Shown piece by piece: positions 52,461-64,000 of a DNA stretch of 64,000 nucleotides; the stretch's first letter is position 1; each line of letters starts with the position of its first letter. The notes beneath the pieces were generated by a model. That model was not told where the DNA came from and did no database searches. It saw only the letters and a program-made list of their open reading frames with translations. The translations under genes and the position numbers were made by a program. Source of the stretch: Mobula hypostoma (Eukaryota); contig NC_086107.1 in NCBI RefSeq assembly GCF_963921235.1, forward strand, positions 107,138,001-107,202,000, written 5' to 3'.

Positions 52461-55126
52461 TTACATAATGCCAGGGTAGAAAGTATGGTCATTGTCAGGA
52501 TATTCTTACTCTCCTTAGATGCTTTCCCTTGCAACCATAGAAGCTGCGGCCATTTGCCATACCCTACAGCCAGACTGCGTATCGAGCAAGTGAAGAAACG
52601 AGCAGCACCCAGATCGGAACAGTGACGCTCTCCTTCCCACCTCATGGTCACGGCCCATTGATAAAAGGATCAGAACACTTGCCACTATGCTACGAAGGGC
52701 TCATAGGATGCATCCTGCCACATTTGAATACATGGCAGATGTTGGTGCACAGAGGCATCCTATACAATGGAATTGAGAAGATGCACAGGAGGCTTGGTAG
52801 TAAATGCTGCACACTGGATTGGTGGCAAGGACTACTGTATCTGTAGCAGGAACAAGCAAGTCCAAAAACGTTTGAGTCCCAACACTCGCTGTACATCCAA
52901 CATATTAAATACAATTTAGTACTCGATTCTCTTTTACACAGCGTTTGAGTCCAGTGCAGAGACCAGGTTATCTCAGAAAATGGTGATTTATATTAACTAA
53001 CCAACCAAGCATAGTAGCTGCAGCTGCAACGACAATAATACCCATTTGCAAATGTTATAACTTCCCGATTTTAAAAACGTGACCACTACCGGACAGAAAT
53101 CCACCTTACTGTCAAGTGGGGCATATTAACACGAGAGCCAAATTGGAGCACAAGCTTTAAGACAAAAGTTGATTCCCAATACCCACGACCGCAACAAGTA
53201 ACTGGAGAAGGTCTCCCTGTGATATAATAACATTTAAGCAGATAAAAAACCTTATTTAATAACTCGAAGATAAGGGTAAAAAAAAGATTTTTTTTTGGCT
53301 ACTGCCTGGTCCGTTTGGAGACAATGAACGGGCAATAGGCTCAATTCTACAGCCCGCTGTGTCACCAATTAGCACAGAATTGTGAAAACTCCGCTCAAAA
53401 GCCCGAAGGTTTGCAAATTAATTATGTTTAACCCTTTGATCCCAAGGATGCAACAGTACCAGAGAGAAAAAAAAGCAGACTCTGTTAAAACACACTCAAT
53501 TGCATCTCAAATCCAACTGCTTTAGATTAAAAACACAGATATTGCACGCAGTTCCCAATTCCACAACAACCTTGCTGGAACTTGATTCCACGTTAGAAGA
53601 AAATCGCAGGCACACACAATACAAATTTCGAACATAGTGGATCGCGATTTAACACAAGGCACCCCGTGGACAACATCTATCCGAAAAAGTCTTATCACTT
53701 AAACCACAGCTATTGGAAGGATCTCAGATGAACACGTCTATAAAAATATTTATGTTTCATAGGGTTAAAATAGCAACGCATCTAGACAGTGGGTAAAGTT
53801 TGACATATAATCAATCAGACTAAAATGATAGATTTTCTTTCAAAAGTCTTGGGTCTTTTAGTTTACGACCATGAGTCATATTTGGCTTTTTTAAATGACA
53901 GAGATGGTGACGTCATTACTGTTTTTAGCAGTGTATTTTAAGGCTGATATATTATAATTTTTTTTCCCTTTAAAATCTCGGAGGGAGGAGGGGGTTTAGC
54001 TTTTGATTGTAAGAGACTCCAGCCCCAAAGGGGAAAGGATGGGAACACACTGTTCAGACGCCTCTTTTATCCCAGTAGAAGGTAATAATCGCCCACCCTC
54101 CTCCTGCTCAAACTATTCATTGCAGTTAGGTTCACCCCTTTCGGGGAGGGAAAATTGCATCCCATCGCACCCCACCGCACCGAGCCTGACTGATGAAACC
54201 GTGTCACTATTAGCACTCCATCACAATTGACCGCTTCAATGACTAGATTAATATATACGGACATACTTTAGAATTTATCACGGGAACCACGTGAGAGGAT
54301 AGAGCAAAATTACATCGGGACCTTGGCAGAAAAGGGGGTGGGGGTATGCTTCCCTCGTTGGGACCCGGAATGTAAATCCCTTTGCAATCGGACCTTCTTC
54401 CCCAGATAATGCACGTTTTAAGGTACATCAAAACGTAACGTTTATTTGCAAAATGGACCCTCAAAACCTGGGAACATCTGCTTCTTTTTCTTTTATTTCC
54501 CCTTCTTTTTTTTACATATCCCAGCTTGTTCCCTCTCCTCGTGTCATACCGATCGCACAGGTTTCAAAACTCCCTTCGTTCCTGACAATGTTTATCTTGC
54601 TAGGAGGCATTGTGGCTTTATTTTGCGGGGAGCGGGAGGCGTTTTTTATCCTATCCATCACACACACGGAAAAGCAGACAGAATCTTAAAAAATGTTCCC
54701 ATTTTGTCTTTGATAAGCATTAATTCTGACACACCCAAAATGGCTGTTTCTTTTCTTAGTGCAATAATATAGCTATTGAAGGGGGAAATAATGAATGTCA
54801 CCCTTTTATAAATAAAAATGAAATTAATATTTCATTAGCCAACAAACTGAATCTTCATTCAAAGATCCCCGTGTATGAATAATGACACGATCCTCCAACG
54901 ATTCCCTTTCCGTTTACCAAAATACCCCTGATTGATTCGATCTATTGATTTTTAGAGGGTGGACGAGCATACAGTATTCAGCATGTAACCTTACTGCAGA
55001 ATATGTTAACGGGAGACTGGATGGTGGAAAGTGGAAAGATGCAGAATGCGTCAAAAAAGCACCATTGAGGGAAGTCGTTTTTGCTATTCATTCCATGTCC
55101 GGCCATAGGTCTCTCATTTACAATTA

Positions 55127-56420
<1,294 letters not shown>

Positions 56421-57644
56421 AGTTACCGCAGATTTTCTCTGATACAAGAACTCATCCTGTCAATTAACCTGTTATTTTTCAATCCCAGATTGCTGCCAGC
56501 GTTTTCTTCAGCAGAGAGGTCCACACTATGGGCAACATGGATTCAAACCAAGTAGTACAAGGATCAAGGGGAAAAGTTTTTTTTTCATCCAAAGTGTAGT
56601 GGGGCCCCGGGACTCTGCCTAAAAGGGTGCTGGGGTAGAGACCCTCCCTGCATTTACTAAATATCTGGGTGCACACTTGCAGAGACGTAATCTACAAGGC
56701 AGCAAACCAGCAGCTGGGAAATTGAATGCCCATAAAGTTTGGCCCGGGTGGATACATTGCGCCAAATGAACTACTTCAATGAATTTTGTATTGGGGTTAT
56801 TAGGGATTATCTACTTTTTAGATCCAAACTGTGGGTCAGTCATTCCAATGCAAAACGCGGCCGGAACTTCTTCCCTAGGAGTGGCAACCGGGTGTAGTAA
56901 ATCCATTACAGGTATCTTTCACCAATATATAGACATTCCAGTATCATTATTCCCCCATTCCAGAGATATTTACTAATATAACTTGAAGCATGTAGTCACC
57001 ACCAAAGATTTACGTGCTGATATTTTGCCTTGGCTATGTATTTTTAATATAGGCAGCTCAATATCAACTCATTTAAAGTTGTCTACTTGGTACGTAGAGG
57101 GAAAAGAAATAGAGGAACACACTGATAGAATGAGATGGAGAATGATGATGTGGACCATAAGTGCTAACATGCAGCAGTTGGGCTGAATGGCCAGTTTCTG
57201 TGCTATAATTTATGCAATGTAAGCTCTTTCAAACAATTATTTCCAACAATAAAGATTTTCCCCTCAACTCCTCTTATTATAAATTCTGACCAGACGGTAA
57301 CCTAGGAATAAGGCATGACAACATGCATTACACAGAGACAACAAATTGCAGAATATGATTCTTCTTATGATCCACTGTGCCCATCAGGATCACAAACTTT
57401 CCCTTTGAGAAGGAACCTTGCTCTTTTTGCCCAATTAGTTGATCGTATTCAGACTGAGATTAGGATTTTTTTCAAAGTATTGATTATTAATTTACCTCTG
57501 AAATTCCCCATTCTATGGAGCCCATCAGAGATGCTAACCTCATCAGTGAGCCCAAAGCCCAAGAATGTTTTTGTATTTTATAATTCACTTCAATTCTACA
57601 GAATTCTTGACTTAATTCTGGTGATTTCAGAAGGAAAATCTGCA

Positions 57645-57955
57645 TTTACTGGAAATCCAGAGTAGCACATATAAAATGTTGGAGGGAATCAGCAGGTCAG
57701 GCAGCATCTATGAAGAGGGATAAACAGTTGTCATTTTGGGCTGAGAATCTTCATTGGGACTGACAAAATCAAACGCTCCCGGGGCAAGGCCAGCATACGT
57801 TAGATACAGAGACTGATCTGGGGTCTTAGCCCAAAACACAGAAGTGAATAAACAGTCGACATTTCAAAAAGAGTCTCGTCCTGAAACATCAACTGTTTAT
57901 TCATTTCCATAGATGCTGCCTGACCTGCTGAGTTGATCCAGCATTTTGGGTGTGT
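57645..57955. mobile_element. Inverted Penelope pLTR fragments
   Basis: cagcaggtcaggcagcatctatg facing catagatgctgcctgacctgctg. Confidence 0.75.
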
Positions 57956-58065
57956 TCCTTTACAGGAATGTTAACTTCAAATTTGACACTGAGCCAAATA
58001 AAGAAATATACAGTATGTCATCAGATTGTAGCACAGAATCAGGCCCTTCAGCCCAACATGTTCTC

Positions 58066-58542
58066 ACATGTGGAAGCATTGGAAAGGGTACAGAGGAGAT
58101 TTACCAGGATCCTACCTGGTTTAGAGAGTATGCATTACGATCAGAGATTAAGGGAGCTAGGGCTTTACTCTTTGGAGAGAAGGAGGATGAGAGGAGACAT
58201 GATAGAGGTGTACAAGATAATAAGAGGAATAGATAGAGTGGATAGCCAGCGCCTCTTCCCCAGGGCACCACTGCTCAATACAAGAGGACATGGCTTTAAG
58301 GTAAGGGGTGGGAAGTTCAAGGGGGATATTAGAGGAAGGTTTTTTACTCAGAGAGTGGTTGGTGCGTGGAATGCACTGCCTGAGTCAGTGGTGGAGGCAG
58401 ATACATTAGTGAAGTTTAAGAGACTACTGGACAGGTATATGGAGGAATTTAAGTTGGGGGCTTATATGGGAGGCAGGGTTTGAGGGTTGGCACAACATTG
58501 TGGGCCGAAGGGCCTGTACTGTGCTGTACTATTCTATATTCT
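58066..58542 (+). mobile_element. Young 5'-truncated CR1 LINE with an uninterrupted ORF2 C-terminal reading frame
   Basis: VEALERVQRRFTRILPGLE...GRFFTQRVVGAWNALPESVVEA...RYM with no stop or frameshift; 3' hairpin and (attct)-like tail. Confidence 0.9.
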
Positions 58543-59504
58543 GCAAACTATCAAGCAGCCATCCATGTTACTCCCAATTTTGTGCAGATAAGCAAACTCT
58601 TAGGTCAAATATGTAAATATTTAAGGGAAGCTTAAGAGAGGACTATGATAAAAGCAAAAAATAGGGACAACACGGCAGTGTAGTAGTTATAACATTATTA
58701 TAGCACTGGGTGATGTGGGTTCAATTCCCACTACTGTCTGTAAGGCATTTGTATGTTCTCCCCATGTGTGAATGGGTTTCCACTGGGTGCTCATTTTTCC
58801 TCCTATGTCCCAAAGACATACATAGGTATATTTGAAGTGGAGGTTGTTAGGTTCCTGATTAATAAATGTATCAAATGTTATGGGGAGAAGGCGAGAATGG
58901 GGCTGAGAGGGATAGTAAATCAGCCATGATGGAATGGTGAAGCAGACTAGATGGGCCAAATGGCCTAATTCTGCTCCAACATCTTAAGGTCTATGGTCTT
59001 ATGGTTAATTAATTACATGGGTGTAGTTGAGTGGTTGCAGGCTTGTTGATCCAGAAGGACCAGTTACTGTACTGTATATCTGAATAAAGAAATAAGACAC
59101 AAAGTTCAATGTAAACTTATCATCAAAGTACATATACGTCACTATATACAACATGGAGATCCAGTTATTTGTGGGCATTTACAGTAAATACAAGGAACAC
59201 CATAGAATCAATGGAAGAACATACCCAACAGAACGGGCAAACAACCAATGTAAAAGGACAGCAAACTGTACAAATACAAAAAGAAAGAAGAAGAAAAAGA
59301 AATAATAAGGAATAAATAAGCAATAGACATTGAGAATATGAGATGAAGAGTTCTTGAGAGTGAGTCCATAGGTTGTGGGGATAGTTCAGTGATGGGGCGA
59401 GTGAAGTAAAGTAAAGATATCCCCTCTGGTTTAAGAGCCTGATAATTGAGGTGTAATAACTGTTTACATCAAAACATCAAAGTTTCACTCACTCTTCCTT
59501 CAGT

Positions 59505-59542
59505 TAGTCCTGACGAAGGGTCTCGGCCTGAAACGTCGACTG
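59505..59542 (+). ncRNA. Minimal type I hammerhead ribozyme motif in a Penelope pLTR (pLTR about 59485-59640)
   Basis: uAGUC-CUGACGA-A-GGGU(CUCG)GCCU-GAAAC-GUC/GACUg. Stem I AGUC:GACU, conserved core, stem II, palindromic ACGU stem III, GUC triplet with predicted cleavage after 59537. Confidence 0.75.
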
Positions 59543-60242
59543 CACCTCTTCCTAGAGATGCTGCCTGGCCTGCTGCGTTCACCAGCAACTTTTATGTGTG
59601 TTGCTTGAATTTCCAGCATCTGCAGAATTCCTGTTGTTTAAAGTTTCAAATGTGACCTGAACTGGGTTTTCCCTGTAATGACATACTGTAACTTCTGATA
59701 TTTTGCAATATGACATTGTCAGACATTAATCAAGAATCAGCTGCATTATTGTCAGGTCAGAGTAGACATAAGAATAATCCTTTACTTTCATATCTTGTAA
59801 CTTACAGTTACCATGCATTCAATCACTGCTTTCTTATAAATAGCAAAACTTTGTGTTGCTTAGAAAAAGCAAGCTGATTGGAGAGGCTATTCAACTCAAT
59901 GCTTAGGGAATGTTTTTCAGTGTTCACAATTGGCATTGCAATCAAATACTCCCAGGACAGGGCCAGCATGAGTAAGATACAGTGTACAGCTCTCTACACT
60001 GTCACAGCAGGCTCCCAGAATTAGGATGACATTGGTTAGATACAAAGAAAAGTTTCCTCTACACCAGGGGGTTCCCATCCTTTTTCATGCTATGGGCCAA
60101 TACTGTTAAGCAAGAAGTCCATGGACACCAGGTCGGGAACCCCCTACCTACATTACTTCATTCGACATTTGCAGGGTGGAGCACATCACTCCTGCGTCAC
60201 TTCCCACCAAAAGCTCCTATGGCAGGGACAGAGTGGATTAAC

Positions 60243-60772
60243 CGTAAGACCACGTACATTGGACCATTCGGCCCATCGAGTCTGCTCCACCATGACCTCA
60301 TGGCTGATTTATTATCCCTCTCAACCCCATTCTCCTGCTTTATCCCTGTAACCTTTGGTGCCCTGACTAATCGAAAACCTATCAACCTCTGCTTTGAATA
60401 TACCCAATAGCTTGGTCTGCTCGGCCATCTGTGGCAATGAATTCAATGGGTTCACAGTCTAAAGGGATGTCCTATTCTGAGACTGTGCCTTCTGCTCCTC
60501 AACTCTTCCACTATTGGAAACATCCTCTCCACATCCACTTTATCGAGGTCTTTATTTAATAGGTTTCAATGAGATCATCCCCCTCATTCTTCTAACTTCC
60601 AATGAGTACAGGCCTAGAGCCATCAAACACTTTTCACGCATTAACCCTTTCATTCCTGGAATCATCCTTGTGAGCCTCCTCTGGACCCTTTCCAATGCCA
60701 GCACATCTTTTCTTAGATAAGTGGCCCAAAACTGCTCATAATAAACCAAGTGTGGTCTGACTGATGCCTCAT
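60243..60772 (-). mobile_element. CR1 LINE 3' fragment
   Basis: VRPHLVYYEQFWATYLRKDVLALERVQRRLTRMIPGMKGL. Confidence 0.85.
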
Positions 60773-60789
60773 CATACATATGAAGTAAT

Positions 60790-61090
60790 TCTACACTATC
60801 CCATCAAACCCTGCCAGGGCTGGGACAGCATGGAAGACACACAGAGTAGGTCTTTAAATATCCGTCTCGAAAATTTCTCCAAACAGGTTCATCAGGGTTG
60901 GGGTATAGAGTAACTAACCCTCCACTTGGTCCTATCACACATTCCCTGGTCAGAAACAAAATGCTTAGATACAGAGTATAGCTTCTTCTGCATTGCGACA
61001 CCAAACGTTCATTTAGTAACTCCAGCATGGGTTCCTTAAAGAGTAAAACTCCCTCTGTACCGTCCCATCAGACACTCCCAGGTCAGGCAG
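60790..61090 (+). repeat. Degenerate copies of the 67-bp minisatellite family (also about 59940-60065 and 57771-57810)
   Basis: Motifs ctacact.tcccatca.acactccc.gg...ttagatacagagta. Confidence 0.7.
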
Positions 61091-64000
61091 AGAGGAGATA
61101 AACATCACTTCTCTCTCCTTCCTTTAATTGAGATTCACCTTTCCACATTGTGATAGATAATTCCAGTTCCACCTCTTTTTCTTTCAATAGACCTAAACCA
61201 AACTCTATAGAACTATGATCTAAGAGTATAAGCAATTGTTAGAAATCACTTCCTTTATGTGTGTGTTGCTTTAAAAGATTGGGGTGAGCAAAGGCTTTCA
61301 ACCCAGTAAGGCAAGTTTCAACCTGATACCTGATAAAGGGTGAACTTCCTTTACCTTGGCCCTGATGTCCTCAGTAGGAGAGTCTAATCTTGACCTGATG
61401 CAGCCCCAGGTCTCTGAGATCAAATATCTACCTCCCTGAGGAACCATGTCTCACCATTAACATTGTTTGTGACACATCCTGATGAAATAGGACTGCTCGG
61501 AAGGAAGCAATTAGTCCTGCAATTCAAACCAGGGGTTCATGACTTCAGCAGCTTACTCAAGTTTCACTCCTATAGCTCATGAAATCATCCTGATCAATTA
61601 AGTTACAACCTTCTTACTTTCAAGAACTTGTGAGGTGAAATTTATGCTTGCTTCATTCTATTTCTGGTGTTTCCGCAACTGATGGTCTCACTTAAAGATC
61701 TCTTTATCTTGTTATTTCATGGTCTTTCATTTCATACTCATTATTTATTGTTATTTATTTATGTTTGCATTTGTACAGTTTGTTGTGCATTGATCCTGTT
61801 TTCAGTTACTGTTCTACAGATTTGCTGAATATGTCTGCAGGAAAAAGAGTCACAGGGTTATATGTGGTGACACGTATGTCCTCTGATAATGAATTTTACT
61901 TTGAACTTCGAACTTTTTGAACTTTGAGACAGTGCAGGCTACCCATATGAGGAATACAGCAAAAGAAAAGGTGCCTTGGAGCAGTGAGGAGGTAGTGTGC
62001 CCAGCAACTATGTCTTGCTGAGTTGCCTGTTTCAGCGACGTTACAGAGAAATTATACAGATAGCAGGAAAAGCCACAGGGAGGAGGTTGGGACGTCAATC
62101 CATATCCACCCCACGATCCCTCACTCCTTGCCAGGCCATTCAAATGAACTGGCCTGCCCTCCTCATGCACCTTCTCCTGCACTCAGTTGGCCCGAAAACG
62201 TCAAGTTCTTACTCTTTTCCATGGATGCTGTCTGACCTGCTGAGTTCCTCCAGCATTTTGTGTGTGTTGCTTCAGATTTCCAGCATCTGCAGGCACCCTT
62301 GTGTTTGTGATTCCTATTCTACCCTCCTGTCCCACCAGTCCTGGCAGTGTGTTACATTCATTTGCCACTCTCGGCGTAAAAATACGTACCTCCGAGATCC
62401 ACCCCGGACGTTCCTCCAATCACTATAAAATTATGTCCTCTCATATCAGCCATTTCTGCCCTGGGAGAAAAGGGTGATAGCTGTCTACTCCACAAGGAAG
62501 GCACAGCAGTGGCTATACTTCATTAGGAGTTTGAGGAGATTTGGTACATCACCAAAGGCACTCACAACTTTTAACAGATGTACTGTGAAAAGCATTCTGT
62601 CTGGCTGCATCACCATCTGGTATGGGGAGGCACTACATAGGGTTGAAATAAACTGCAGAAAGTTGTAAACTCAATCAGCTCCATCATGGGCACCACCCTC
62701 CCCAGCATCCAGGACATCTTCGAGGAGCGATGCCTCAAAAAAGGTGGCATCCTTCATTAAGGACCCCCATCACCCTGGACATGCCCTCTTCTCATTGCTA
62801 TCATCAGGAAGGAGATACAGGAGTCCGAAGGAACACACTTATTGATTCAGGAACAGCTTCTTCTCCTCTGCCGTCTGATTTCTCAATGGACATTGAACCC
62901 ATGAACACTACGCCACTACTTTTTCCCCCTTTTCCTTCTCATTCTGCACTACATATTTATTTTAACTTTTTAAAATATAGAGTAGTTTACAGTTTTTATC
63001 ATTAAGAATTGCAACGTATTGCTGCCGCATAATAGCAAATTTCGTGACAAATGCCGGTGATATTAAACCTGATTCTGATTATCATCTTAAGCACCTCTGT
63101 CAAGTCAGAGTCAGATTCATTTAGCACATTTGCATTGAAACATCATTTGTGTTAGCAACCAACTCACCCAAGGATGTGCTGGGGGCGGCCTGCAAGTGTC
63201 TCCACATATTCTGGTGCCAACACAGCATGTCGGCAATGTTTGGCAGAATACCATAAATAACACCAACAGCAACAGAACAAAACAAAGCAACAACAGCAAA
63301 ACAAACTCTTTGCCCACTATCCTCACACATACATACAGGTCTCCAACCTTAGTTCCAGGCTGGACTCGCAGACTTGACCTTCAGGTCTCTACCTCTGGCC
63401 TTGATGACTTTGATCTTTGACCTCTCATCCTTCTTCACTTCAAAGAGAAAAGCCCTCACTTGCTCAACCTCTCCTCATAAAGCATGCTCTCAAAATCAGG
63501 CAGCATCCTGGTTTATCTCCTTTGCACACTCTCTAAAGCTTCCAAATTGCTGTCAGGGAGATGCTACAAGTCCATCACCACCAGGACTACAATTTATCTC
63601 CAAACCTTCTTTCCCATAGTTATCCATCTTCTCAACTTAACTCACTCAGGTGTAATACCTTAACTGTGCCTGCACGACATCCATTAACTGGCCTTTCCTG
63701 CTCTCCCTGGTCTATTGATAACTATTGAGTCTGTTCATATGTTCACATTTATTAAGTTTGATTTTTGACATCTGAGCATGTAACTGTTCTGCTAATTGTT
63801 GAGTGCTCATGGCTGCACTATGGTCTTGTGAATTGGTGGTTGCTATTGTGTTGCCTGTTATGGTATTGTCCTGTGTTTTATGCTTGGCACCGAACCACAA
63901 TCAATTCTGGTATGGTTCACATACTGGCAACAAAGCGATTCTGGTTCTGACCTGAAATCTCAATTCACGAGACAGTTTAGTTTCCATTCAGTGTAATCTC

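Overview
Repeat-dense vertebrate genomic DNA. The repeat families suggest a cartilaginous fish, probably a ray; this is inference. The only host protein-coding sequence I can support is coding exon 1 of CACNG2 (stargazin/TARP gamma-2) on the minus strand at 55414-55204. It sits in a roughly 4 kb block with no recognisable transposons, which also holds the likely 5'UTR and promoter. I found no exon 2, so about 55 kb to the left is probably intron 1 and the rest is upstream sequence. Both are packed with CR1, Rex1/Babar, Penelope and RTE-derived fragments, tRNA-derived SINEs, a Tc1 element carrying a decayed Gypsy LTR retrotransposon, a solo LTR and satellites. Most notable: (i) Penelope terminal repeats carrying minimal type I hammerhead ribozyme motifs, one apparently intact at 59505-59542, several arranged as long fold-back palindromes; (ii) a rearranged REST/RE1 half-site pair and an overlapping uORF at CACNG2; (iii) a non-autonomous retroposon family with a YY1 head and a box C/D snoRNA-like segment. 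I found no clearly new multi-gene system. Repeat boundaries were read by eye and are approximate.
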